From assembly GCF_001194135.2 (NCBI RefSeq), contig NC_068991.1, positions 35,295,528 to 35,343,874 of the forward strand: a stretch of DNA of 48,347 nucleotides, read 5' to 3'. The notes beneath the pieces are model-generated. The model was given only the letters and a program-made list of their open reading frames with translations, made no database searches and had not been told where the DNA came from. Source of the stretch: Octopus bimaculoides. Taxonomy: Eukaryota. The position numbers and the translations under genes were made by a program. Below, in pieces: positions 26,043 through 37,739 of the stretch. Every line of letters begins with the position of its first letter. The stretch's first letter is position 1.

Positions 26043-27722
26043 TTAAAATTTAAGATTGTGTGCAATTGCTTTTAGAAAAATAACTTTTTGGCTTGGATCA
26101 AATTTTACCATGACATTTTTTATACACAGGTTCATATCTCTATATTTTTTCTTTTGGCTTGGTTCTTCTTCTGTAAACTTCTGCAATTTGGTACTGGCAA
26201 ATCTTTCCTCACATTTAATCACATCAATAAGCTTCCAAACATTTGGATGACTAATATTCACTATGTTTTTCAGCATGCTGTGGTAGGCTTCTAAACTATT
26301 TGTAGTATGAGCAATCCTCACCATACATCGATCCCAAAACATTCCATATAGGTAATGGAAATGGCGGTTCAAAGCATTGCCTCCCCTGTCTTCTTCCTTT
26401 AGGTGGTCCTATATAATTATTTTCAAAATTAGATACAATTGACTGTGGAATTTCATCATCATCTACAAGTTGTTCATATCCATCTACAACATCATCAACC
26501 GGCAGGAAGGCAAGGACAACAAAACACCACATTTTTAGACTAAAACTGTCATCTTTAAGATATCTATATTTTAGTCCACAACATGCCTGTACACATTTTG
26601 TCTTAAATGAAACAAGCAGCATGCCAAATTCAACCCAGGAAACAATTCCAGAAATCCGTTATGGGCTGCTTTTTTGAAATCCATAATTATATTATCAGGT
26701 CCCTCATTCTGCAGTAATTCATTTATTTTGGCAAAAAGTCTACTATATGTGTCGTGAATTTTGTCAGAGAGCAATGCAAACAATCGTGGGGCATTAAAAT
26801 TATTTTGTTTGTGAAGTATATATAACTGAAAAGTAAACTAGAGCAGCACTTAAATGTTCCATCTGCCACCCAGTTCTTATGCTGTTTTAACAGTCGAAAT
26901 GCTTTGTCACTTGCAAATGTTAGTATTCATTTTGAATCTTTCATCTTGCTGTCATACTGTAAAGACGTTTCATCATTGTCAAGGTAGGAGTATTCACTTG
27001 CAATGGAAAATCCAACATTTGTAAGTGGGGTGGCAGGAAAGTTGGAATCAGCTTGCCTCCAACGTCTAATATTCCTATTAAGCTGTGCAAACGGAGGTAT
27101 TTGCAACAATGTACAGTTGTTTAAATTCTGAACTTAACTAGCAATAATTGAGTGAGGGGATCATCAGATGAAATCGACTTTAATATTCGAAACTATATTC
27201 CTTAAATTTACCTCTGCAGCAGTTGAAGCGTGATTATAGATCCCAATCTTCTTAAGCGCTTTATAATTTTCATCTGTATAAAGTCTCACCTTGCACACAT
27301 GATTTTCACACCTCCAGTATATCTTCACTCCATCTGCATTCTGCTTATTTTTCATGTATATATAATTTTCTTGATTGACCACTTAGATTTTACATTTCTC
27401 TGAAGTTATGATCTTGCAAGTAGTCATGTTCTCGACAGGTGTATTGAATAAATTTAATTCGATTTGCTTGAAAATCTTTGTTCGTAAACTGTTCAGCGCA
27501 GATACTTAAGGTGGGGTAGAGGTAAAGAGAGTAAAAAATAGTATCTAAAACTGTCCAACAACAAATTTAATTCTAAAGTGATTATTCTAAACTTTCCCTC
27601 AAAAATCACATTTAAGATTATTTTGGGACGAATTGACCTGAGGATGAATTGATTAACAACGAATTGACTGGGGACCAATTAACTCACGACAAAATAACTG
27701 GGGATGAATTGTCCTAGTACCC
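26043..27722 (-). mobile_element. Decayed Mutator-like (MULE) transposon with FLYWCH + MULE domain; one terminus retained
   Basis: YWRCENHVCKVRL...YNH (FLYWCH), VADGTFK, IIMDFKKAA, CCLFHLRQNVYR and RTTNSLEAYH. Terminus GGGTACTAGGACAATTC is followed by a 15-bp subterminal array. Confidence 0.85.
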
Positions 27723-27748
27723 AAAAGTAGTATGCTTGTTATAAAGGG

Positions 27749-27786
<38 letters not shown>

Positions 27787-28511
27787 GGTTGAGGAGGGTA
27801 TTGGATTTAACCAAACCCAAAAAGATACAGGTAATACCGAGTAAGTGCTGTATACCGACTAGTTTTGCCCCAGTCATTGTATGAACAGGATTGGGGATTA
27901 TAAGTCGTGTATTAGCGTGTGTATGTATAAATATATAAAAAGATAAAGAGAGCAATGGTAAAGTTGGAAATATATTTTATGGATAAAATATATTTCCAAC
28001 TTTACCATTGTTCTCTTTATCTTTTNNNNNNNNNNNNNNNNNNNNNNNNNNNNNNNNNNNNNNNNNNNNNNNNNNNNNNNNNNNNNNNNNNNNNNNNNNN
28101 NNNNNNNNNNNNNNNNNNNNNNNNNNNNNNNNNNNNNNNNNNNNNNNNNNNNNNNNNNNNNNNNNNNNNNNNNNNNNNNNNNNNNNNNNNNNNNNNNNNN
28201 NNNNNNNNNNNNNNNNNNNNNNNNNNNNNNNNNNNNNNNNNNNNNNNNNNNNNNNNNNNNNNNNNNNNNNNNNNNNNNNNNNNNNNNNNNNNNNNNNNNN
28301 NNNNNNNNNNNNNNNNNNNNNNNNNNNNNNNNNNNNNNNNNNNNNNNNNNNNNNNNNNNNNNNNNNNNNNNNNNNNNNNNNNNNNNNNNNNNNNNNNNNN
28401 NNNNNNNNNNNNNNNNNNNNNNNNNNNNNNNNNNNNNNNNNNNNNNNNNNNNNNNNAAGCGTGAGGCATTACTACACAGTTAATGCCCTTTATATATATA
28501 TATATATATAT

Positions 28512-28785
28512 ATCATCATATGTCCGCTTTCCATGCTGGCATGGGTTGGACAATTTGACTGAGGATTGGCAAGCCAGAAGGCTGTACCAGGCTCCAATCT
28601 GATCTGGCAAGGTTTCTACAGTTGGATGCCCTTCCTAATGCCAACCACTCCGAGAGTGTGTTGGTTGCTTTTTACATGCCACTAGCATAAGAGCCAGTCA
28701 GGTAGTACTGGCATCGACCACACTTGAATACTGCTTTTTACGTGCCACCGGCACGGGAGCCAGTTGAGTGGCACTGGCAACAATC
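28512..28785 (-). mobile_element. 5'-truncated RTE 3' UTR copy
   Basis: tgtccgctttccatgctggcatgggttgg...tttctacagttggatgcccttcctaatgccaaccactccgag. Confidence 0.85.
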
Positions 28786-28790
28786 ATATA

Positions 28791-29011
28791 CTCTTTACTC
28801 TTTTACTCTTTTGCTTGTTTCAGTTATTTGACTGCGGCAATGCTGGAGCACTGCCTTTTAGTCGAGCAAATCAACCCCAGGACTTATTCTTTGGAAGCCT
28901 AGTACTTATTCTATCGGTCTCTTTTGCCGAACCCCTAAGTTACGGGGACATAAACACACCACCATCAGTTGTCAAACGATGCTGGGGGGAGAAACGCAGA
29001 CACAAACATAT

Positions 29012-29052
<41 letters not shown>

Positions 29053-29543
29053 TATATNNNNNNNNNNNNNNNNNNNNNNNNNNNNNNNNNNNNNNNNNNN
29101 NNNNNNNNNNNNNNNNNNNNNNNNNNNNNNNNNNNNNNNNNNNNNNNNNNNNNNNNNNNNNNNNNNNNNNNNNNNNNNNNNNNNNNNNNNNNNNNNNNNN
29201 NNNNNNNNNNNNNNNNNNNNNNNNNNNNNNNNNNNNNNNNNNNNNNNNNNNNNNNNNNNNNNNNNNNNNNNNNNNNNNNNNNNNNNNNNNNNNNNNNNNN
29301 NNNNNNNNNNNNNNNNNNNNNNNNNNNNNNNNNNNNNNNNNNNNNNNNNNNNNNNNNNNNNNNNNNNNNNTACATATATACGACGGGCTTCTTTCAGTTT
29401 CCGTCTACCAAATCCACTCACAAGGCTTTGGTCGGCCAGAGGCTAAAGTAGAAGACACTTGCCCAAGGTGCCACGCAGTGGGAATAAACCCAGAACCATG
29501 TGGTTGGTAAGCAAGCTACTTACCACACAGCCACTCCTGCGCC
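28791..29543 (-). mobile_element. Full-length bipartite tRNA/CORE-like SINE with internal (TA)n tract (spans gap ~29058-29370)
   Basis: Head GGCGCAGGAGTGGCTGTGTGGTAAG, CORE-like ACCTTGGGCAAGTGTCTT, internal TA/CA microsatellite and (AAAGAGT)n tail. Continuity across the gap is inferred. Confidence 0.75.
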
Positions 29544-29556
29544 TATAGTGTGCGAT

Positions 29557-29674
29557 GCTTACAGCACCTAGGTTTCCCAAGCGGTCACCCATCTAAGTAC
29601 TCACTAGGCTCGACGTTGCTTAACTTCGGTGATCGGACGAGAACCGGTGCTCTCAGCATGATATGGCCATAAGC
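29557..29674 (-). rRNA. Isolated full-length 5S rRNA copy (orphon or pseudogene), antisense in the last QPCT intron
   Basis: Reverse complement reads GCTTATGGCCATATCATGCTGAGAGCACCGGTTCTCGTCCGATCACCGAAGTTAAGCAACGTCGAGCCTAGTGAGTACTTAGATGGGTGACCGCTTGGGAAACCTAGGTGCTGTAAGC (118 nt). Box A and box C are recognisable. There is no oligo-T terminator and no tandem array. Confidence 0.93.
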
Positions 29675-31199
29675 CATATATAACAAATTTCAATAGAGGA
29701 AGACAGATTCGGGTATCAAGTTATTCCTGGTCAAACCATGTATATTTTTCTTCATACAATCCCATTTGAAATCAAGGTTTGATAACAGCATGCATACATG
29801 TATGCAGATGAATATATACAATTAAATTAAAAGTCACGAGCAGATACTGTAAAACCCATGTAATTCACGCACTTTTTTTCACAAAAATAAAAATAAACTT
29901 TAGTGAGTGTGTAGATTGTTTCCAGAAGACTTTTAGAATTTTTTTTTTTTTTTTTTTTAAATGATGTACAAATGTAAACATTCGTACCAGAAGTTGACTC
30001 ATTTAATGTCAAAATAGGTTTTTACAGAAAAAATATAATGAAGTTGACTTTTATTTATGATGGATGGTATAATGCTTACTTTTTCTATATAAATTTACTA
30101 ATACCATTAAATGGTGAACTACTTTTTGAAATTTGACATTCATATTGTTAATCACGGTCTGGGTTATATTTTACTTCATCTAACGCCAATGACAACATCA
30201 TAATTCATCCTTGCGCATGTAAACTCATGAAGTGAATATGAGTTAGTGTTCCTACAGAAACCTTCATTTACCTTATTCAATGTTTAATGTCATTTCACAT
30301 TCATGTTGAATTATGCATCAATCTTATGTTCTCGTTATAGAACGCTTGTAATGTATGTATTACCATTTGTTTTGGTATAGTAAATTTTTGCTATTCTTGT
30401 TTATGTCTCCTCAGAGACATGTATACTTCTTAAATTTTGCACATCACCTCTTAAATTTCGCACTTCTCTTGTTCAATAAACACAAGTTAAACTTGCAAAG
30501 CTGTTTATTTTTTTTGATTTTTAATGTTTGTTTTAGCAGGCTACCAAACAATCAGTTTAGTCTCCCACATAAAACGGTAATGACAAATTTTAAAGTTTGC
30601 TTGACATTTTATAATTGTGAAAGGGATTAAAATTTCGATACTATGTATCAAAGGTTCCAACAAGAATAGGCGAAAAATCAGAGCTTGAGACAAGAAGACA
30701 CTTTTGACCAATCAAAATTCTGTTTACATAATCAGTTTGATCGATCACCTTCCTCTGTTGGTTGAGTAAAGTGTGATCCAAGCTGATGTTTATTGGTAGT
30801 TAAACTTATTTTGCAACACTTGTGCGTATTTATCAGCTTTGTTTTTATTGATCAGAATTATCAACAACTTTTCCTGTGATTGTGATTTGAGAAGACATAC
30901 AGAAGTATGCTAAAGATCGGACATAATCTCCTGTGGGCAAGAAATGTAAAATAAAGTTTATTATAAACAACACAAACACTTCATAATTTAATAGCTTTCA
31001 ATGTGATACCTGTTAAACAGAAATTAGTTTTATTTAATGAAAATTTCATAAAATTTAATCATAAGTAAGTGAAATTATGCTAAATACAACTAAATTGGAA
31101 ACCTTTTTTCCCTGGCCATATCGGCAATTCTGAAAACTTTTGGGTGTGAATTTTACACGAGTAGAATAATTTTTTAACAATTTTTATCCTGAAAATCAC

Positions 31200-31380
31200 C
31201 TGCATAAATTACACAGTTGTGCAAATTACATGGGTTTTTATGGTAATACTCACACAAAAGCCTGTAAATTATGCTTAAACGAAGCTATTAAAATATTACA
31301 AACTGACAAGAAATTATTACTTAATAAGATCTCTGAGGTTTTGATCTCATATCGACACAAGCTTCTTTCAACTTTTAAAA
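31200..31380 (+). mobile_element. Penelope-like endonuclease C-terminal remnant
   Basis: CKLCLNEAIKILQTDKKLLLNKISEVLISYRHK resembles the PLE terminus C.LC..E...I.......LN.RSE....CRH. Confidence 0.6.
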
Positions 31381-31399
31381 TTTTTTTCAGTTTAATAAA

Positions 31400-32110
31400 T
31401 AAAAAAGTATATGCTGGTTAGGTTTCCCTATCTAGTTTTTGACTCACTTTGGATGTTATTCGTGCATATAACTTAGATTAGCCACAAATATGCAATTTCT
31501 TCCATCTTTCTTAAGTCATACAATAAGCACTCTGGATTTTTTTGAAATTTTTATATTTATTTACAATTTTTACATCACTGTTTAAAATTCGAAATTCTTT
31601 AAATATTTGAAAAACTTTTATAACTACGAATCTCTGAAGGAAATGTGATTACCGAAGCTGAAAAGATGTATCTACCTCTTTGTATATTCCCTGAAATAGC
31701 CGTAAGATGTTTTATGTTTTATTTGAGTCATTCAAGGACTTTCTTTTAAATCACTGTCATCTTATCCATTTGCATTGCATTATTCTAGAAGTTTCTGTAG
31801 TTTAGAACTTTCTCATGATAACTTAACTTCTTTTGTTTGATACATATTCTTATATTGTGTCCCAAATTGGTGGTTTTTGCAGTGCAATAACTAAAATATT
31901 ATGTAGGTGCCAATAATTTTGAAACACACTTGAAATTTTACCAGCTGAGAAAACCATATTAAGCATCATCAGATGTCCTCCTTCAGTAAATTTATGCTTT
32001 AGTAGTTCACTTTATTGTGTCATAAGAGCATTTTCATAGACGTCTAATTTTAGCAAGAAATTCAATTAAAATCCATTTTTGACAAAGAGTGCCAATAATT
32101 GTGTACATAT
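31400..32110 (-). mobile_element. Possible Tc1-like (IR/DR type) end and transposase remnant
   Basis: GTGCCAATAATT occurs twice ~185 bp apart (~31907, ~32091), as in IR/DR TIRs. Weak HTH-like translation. Confidence 0.35.
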
Positions 32111-32898
32111 ATTGAGAGGGACTACATGTACTCCATTTAAAAATTTTTTTATAGTCCTCATCAATTACCGAGTGTTGAAATTAAAATTTTAAATTGAACA
32201 TGTAAAAAAGAATGATGCATTGTTGTGTTTGTTGAATTTTCAGCAGGGACCTTAATGAATATCTTTAATGTTGTTTTCATACTGAAAATTGTTCATCTTT
32301 GCCTTAGATCTTTACCAGCTTTATTGTATTTTCATTGATCCTTCAGCTCTATAAACATTCAGCAAAAATTAACTGACATTGTATTTCCCTCAATACAAAT
32401 AGACCCTATTTTAAAATCTCTTTATATATATATATATATATATCTGTAAATAATATGTGACAATTATTCGGTAGCCATGATATAACTCTGAGTTTTGGAT
32501 GCTGGGGCGGAAACCCATGCCGCCATCTCTTCAGTTATCTGGCCATTGAAAATTGCTATGAAAATGACCGTTAAACGAAGGGAGATTACTGTGTGGTTGA
32601 CTGTTATTAAGACAAAAGAACTATTAGAATGACCGCTAAGTGAGGGGAGGGGTAAAGGTAAGGGAGTAAAAATGTCCATAGTATTCGCTTAAGCGCACCA
32701 GTCCATACATACACGCGCGCCGGCACACCCGCGTACATGCGCCTATATATATATAAACTCATCCACCCTCACTTGAAACACACACATGCTCACCCACACA
32801 TTCGCCAAAAAAAATATATGTACATATACCCGCATACACGCTCACACACACAATGAACATGCTCGCACCCATACACACACTGCGCCTCCACACATATA

Positions 32899-33017
<119 letters not shown>

Positions 33018-33279
33018 CATTCCCTCTGTTTTTCCTTTTATCTATGCCTTCCCTTCTCTTCATTCCCCACCACACATTAATTTCTCTTTCTTTATAATTC
33101 CATTATTTCATCATATTTCCCCTCATCCCACCTATCTATCTTATCTACCTCTCTTTACATTACTTTTTTATTCTCTTCCACCTTCCTCAGCACAGTTACT
33201 GTTGAGAGATGCTAACAAGCAACAAAAGGGACACCTGACTCAGCCCTTTTATAATATTGTTTTTTTTATTGTTTTTTAG

Positions 33280-33464
33280 GTGTGAAAATCCTCCATTTGA
33301 TTCCATATCCATTTCCAAGTATCTGGCATCAACCAGGTGACATCGAGAGGAATCTAGATAAAAGATCTATTGCGAACTTTAAAAATGTATTGACTGTATT
33401 TGTTGCTCATTACTTGAAACTTGCTTCCTGGCACAGAGAATGTTCATCCAGGTTTGAAAAGTGA
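33280..33464 (+). CDS. QPCT: QPCT-like last coding exon: (G)VKILHLIPYPFPSIWHQPGDIERNLDKRSIANFKNVLTVFVAHYLKLASWHRECSSRFEK*
   Basis: T-rich acceptor gttttttag, LHLIP.PFP.IWH motif with the Zn-ligand His, stop TGA at 33462-33464. Confidence 0.93.
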
Positions 33465-33719
33465 CTATTCAAGCAACCTATAGCAACCAATGGCAAACGG
33501 ACAATGCACACATCATTCATCAATGTCTAAATTCAAATTTGATCAGTCAGAAGATCTGAGTAAATGTGAGTGATAAAACAAGAGCCCTGTAGTATACATC
33601 TTTGGTTATATGTTCATTTTCAGTCCTTTCATAAGTATTTGTTGAGTTTGTAAAAATGTTATAACTATTTTTTTTTATTAGAAGTTTTCTCTCAAATCAT
33701 TTCCATATAATTTCTTTAA

Positions 33720-33930
33720 CCCTTTTGATACCAACCCACTTGAAACTGCCTCTGACTCTGTCTTGTTTCCAAAAGTTCTGAATTAAAATCTTCCATCAAA
33801 TCTTAGTCACAATTTATGTTCCTAACACTAGCTTAATAATAACTAGATTATTTTACTAAATTCTTTGTTATATTTAAAATTAATTGAAAGAAACACAGAG
33901 TATCTCAACAGAAATATGGTAACAAAAGGG
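33720..33930. mobile_element. piggyBac-like MITE with TTAA TSD
   Basis: TTAA|CCCTTTTGATACCA ... TGGTAACAAAAGGG|TTAA, TIR match 13/14. Confidence 0.85.
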
Positions 33931-34707
33931 TTAAGCAATATTTTAATCTAGAAATATTTTTACAAATACTTCCTTATTTTGTTTTCTCCTTCCATTTTTA
34001 ATTCTTCATCCGTCAGAAATAAAAAAAAAAAATTAAAGTTTGTGCTCAGTTGTGCAAGACAAATTCATTTCTCTAATCAAAGTAGAAAACAAAAATGAAA
34101 GACAACTAGAATATTTATTCCATTATATTTATCAGTAGAATTAAATGAGTTTTGATTCTCTTAAAAAACAAAATAGAAGGATCCAACCTACATTTATATT
34201 ACTGTAATAAAATATTTTTATGCCAAGCAATATAAATTTTAAATATTATTAAATTTTATCTTCAATTTTTTTCTCTCTCTTTTATTAATGTTTATGTTGA
34301 TTAGAAATGGTGGAAGGTAGAATTGTTTCAGCAGCAGATTAAAATAAATACAGAAGAACAGCAACTTTCATTTTTTTTAATCAGTTCCTCCAGCTTATCC
34401 ACCTCCACAGTAGCCACCAACTAAGTCAACAAATGTATGGAAATAAGCTGGATGATTGAGAAAGTACATGTATAAAGGCAACACTGCACCTTATACTATT
34501 TCCCACTACATATCAAAATATGCAGTATAGTACATAAAAGTCAGGTTATATTTAAAACAGTAGATCTGTTAGTCATGTCTTGTCAGAGTTATTGACAAGA
34601 AGAAAGTGATGATAAGTAGCAGAAATGGATATATAGCAAGAGGTGAAGAGTGACAAATAGAAGTGATTCAGAAGAGAGAGTGGTGGCTGTGTGATAGGTA
34701 AAGTAAA

Positions 34708-34748
<41 letters not shown>

Positions 34749-34959
34749 AATGAAATATTCAAACACTGAGATTTGAAGTCAGATGTCACTACTGTTCATA
34801 TCATCTGTGGATAAATTCAAAATTTGATGATATCACCAGTAGTAGCATGGGTGGAACGCAGTTATGATAGCTTTAAGGAGCTATGAAATTTGCACGAAGC
34901 GTAATGATGCTTAATGAGCGTCTACCTGCTAGAAATAAGAGCCAAGTCTTAAATAATAT

Positions 34960-35261
34960 ATATTGTTATATTTTGGGATGATAATTTGTTTTCCTGCCAG
35001 ATAAACACATGCACTATATATTCTTTCTTCATGCATTTATTATTGTTCATATTTCATCTTATGTCCATTGACTGGAAGACAAAGGACACATATGGGATGG
35101 AAGAGTCACTGAACAGGTCGTCACAGGTGTGTGGCAAAAGATTTCCAGACAATGTACATAAGATGAAATAAGAGCAATAATAAATGAGTGAAGAATAAAT
35201 GTATAGTGCATGTGTTTATTTGGCAGGAAAAAAAAATGACCATTCCAAAATATAATAATAT
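34960..35261. repeat. Foldback/MITE: ~110-bp inverted arms (34960-35070 / 35150-35261), plus a third partial arm at 35395-35452
   Basis: cctgccagataaacacatgcactata...catcttatgtccattg is mirrored by caatgtacataagatg...tatagtgcatgtgtttatttggcagg. Confidence 0.75.
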
Positions 35262-36099
35262 CTGTTTCAACATAATTTCACGTCAGGAATATTGCAAAAC
35301 AACCTCATAAATGTGTTTATATAGAAGTGGTTCAGAGGAGAGAGTGATGGATGTGTGTACAGGGAGAGTAAAGTGTATGTATACATATATATATATATTG
35401 TTATATTTCGGGATGGTCATTTTTTTCCCCTGCCAAATAAATACATGCACTAATTTTCAAGAGGAGACTGGCAAATCATTTGAGTTCATTTAGAGATGAA
35501 AATAAAAGATTCCAAACAAGTCTTGGTAAATTAATCTGGTCTATTAAAGACAGAAACAAAGACTATACTATCAATTGGGAATTAATCTGTACTGCAAAAC
35601 CATACAGGTCTGGAACTAAAAATATGACCTATGTTTAGAAGAATTATACCAAATTTTTACATCTAAGAGTTATATAATAAATTCTAGACAGGAACAAGCT
35701 TTGAGATGCTTGCACATGAGGAAATTCACATTTGCCCAGTATAAGTGAATAATAAACATTTAAACAACCGAATGCTTTAAAATAATGGATTATACGTGAT
35801 TATCCACTCGAAACTTGAATTGAAGATAGTTCATGTCTACAATGCAGAGTAGATAAACGAAAATCTTTAAACAGTTAAATCAAAGGATATTAAAGTAAAG
35901 ACCCTGAAAAAACTGTACCTATATAATTGTAGGGATGCAATTGCAATGGTTACTAATCAGTGCAGTTAAAACAGGTGTAGGTCTATGTAAAGCTGTATAT
36001 ATAAAAAGAATTAAAGGTAATGCTATGCCACTTCATAATAATCCTTATTATTGTTGTTTATATATATATATATAAGGAGAATTCATGAAAAAAACAACA

Positions 36100-37380
36100 G
36101 ACGAAGACAGGTGGTGTAAACAACAAATGGATGATTTAGTATAACGCTCGGGAATAGAGAAAGTTTTTAACATTTCGAGCCTATGCTCTTCAACAGAAAG
36201 AAACAAGGAGAAAAAAAATATGTGTAGTGGTCAGCGATCTATCATGGCGAATGCCGGACAGAAGGATCACACTGTAGAGTTAAGAAGAAGGGGAGGTAAC
36301 AAAAAAGTAGTGATCCCAAAACGAAGGTGCGTGTGTGTGAGAGAATGCTGGTGATCTTAACGTATGCATGTGTGTATGTAGGTGTGAAAATGTGGGGATG
36401 GGAATTGGTCAGTGCTGGTGTGTGCATAGTGGTGTGTTGTGAAGGTGTTGGGAGGTGGGGTGGGGGTAGAGGTTGGGAGTATGTGGGTAGGTAGAGGTGG
36501 AGTATGTGGGAGAGGGTGTATGGGAAGGTGGGGTAGGGGTGGGTATGGGAGGAGGGAGAAAGAGTAGGGGTGAAGAGAAGTAGCAGTCGGAGCAGGAGAG
36601 GTGGGTGGGAGGAAGTAGGGGAGGGGTTAGATGAAGAGAGAAGGAGAGTTGAGCCTATGTGGTGCAAAGGATCGAAGAGAGAAGATTAATCCCTGTTCAC
36701 GGTGCAAACAAGAGTCCGGATGGCCCCTGTGCAAGGACAATCCAAACACAGACAGGTGTTGCTGCGAGGAGTAACCGGTAGAGTGGAAATGGTGTGACAC
36801 CGGGGTGTCATTGCCAAGGCGGATGTCTCGGAAGTGTTCCGTGAATCGGTCGGCCAGGCAGCACCCTGTTTGTCCAATGTACAGAGAACGGCAGAGAGAG
36901 CAGGAGATGCAATAGATGATGTTGGTAGAAGTGCAGGTGAAGGAGTCGGTGATGCGATAGGGTCGATGATGGGTGCCGGTGAGGAGGGTGGTATTGGAGA
37001 GGTAAGGGCAAGTGCGGCAGCATCGGCGGGAGCAAGGGAACGAGCCATGTTGGGAGGTTGGGTTGGGGAAGAAGCTGTGGACCAAGGGGTCTCGTAGGTT
37101 GTAGGCTCGTTTGAAGGAGGGGAGGGGTCGGACTGGAAGCGCCGGAAAGCTTGGAGAATGGTGCGTTGGAGAGGTAGGGTGGTGGGATGGAAGGTGAGGG
37201 GAAAAGGGAGGTGAGATATGGCAGATGCACGGTCCACGGAACGTGCTCTAGCAAGGGTGGTGTGGATGGTGGTGAGCTGATATCCCTGTAGGATGAAGTG
37301 GCGAGCCATGAGTTGAGACTGAGTCTCAAAGCCTGCGTAGACGGAGGAATTGGGAATAGGAAATGGAAGTGCATTTCAGA
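36100..37380 (-). mobile_element. Penelope-like element: RT C-terminus + GIY-YIG endonuclease + 3' terminal repeat region
   Basis: ORF 36627-37085 has CSRRCCRTC, FTCTSTNIIYCISC..C..LYIGQTG and RFTEH (CCHH-type GIY-YIG). FETQSQLMARHFILQGY is the RT-thumb HTH. Confidence 0.9.
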
Positions 37381-37739
37381 AGTTTACTTCTTAATTAGAG
37401 GGCTTTAGATTCAGCCTTACATCATGGCACTTTGGACAAATGTCTTCTACTATAGTCCTGGGCCGACCAAGGCTTTGTTAGTGGATTTGGTTGGTAGAAA
37501 TGGAAAAAAAAAACTTATTGTGTATACATCTGTGTCTGTGTGTTTGTGTACATCTGCTGCCTGCTTATGCAAAAGGCATGTTTGCTCAGTATTCTTGTTA
37601 GCTCTTCTGTCAATAAATTGCCTGCTCACTTAGTACTTTTGAGACTATAAAAAAAAAATACCCTACTTGGAAAACGGGTAAGAGTAGCACCAGAAAGGGC
37701 ATCCATGTGTAAAGCAAATGACTCAATAACATATTAATC

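Noticed and set aside
27627-27722. Regularly spaced repeats here and at 18888-19011 as CRISPR-like arrays
   Set aside because: Eukaryotic context, units too short, no unique spacers of CRISPR length and no cas genes.
29373-29380. CATATATA as an 8-bp TSD partner of 29675-29682 around 5S plus SINE head
   Set aside because: It is the start of the SINE's internal microsatellite. The SINE continues through the gap to 28791.
27955-29510. Long ORFs full of X (also 1335, 5978, 23923, 24989-25481, 43015-44014)
   Set aside because: They are artefacts of reading through N gaps.
29470-29543. tRNA gene (also ~25940-26009 and ~23730-23800)
   Set aside because: These are tRNA-derived SINE heads continuing into SINE bodies, with no cloverleaf or terminator.
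36686-37374. Pro/Ser-rich 188-207 aa ORFs
   Set aside because: They are alternative frames of the frameshifted Penelope ORF in C-rich sequence.
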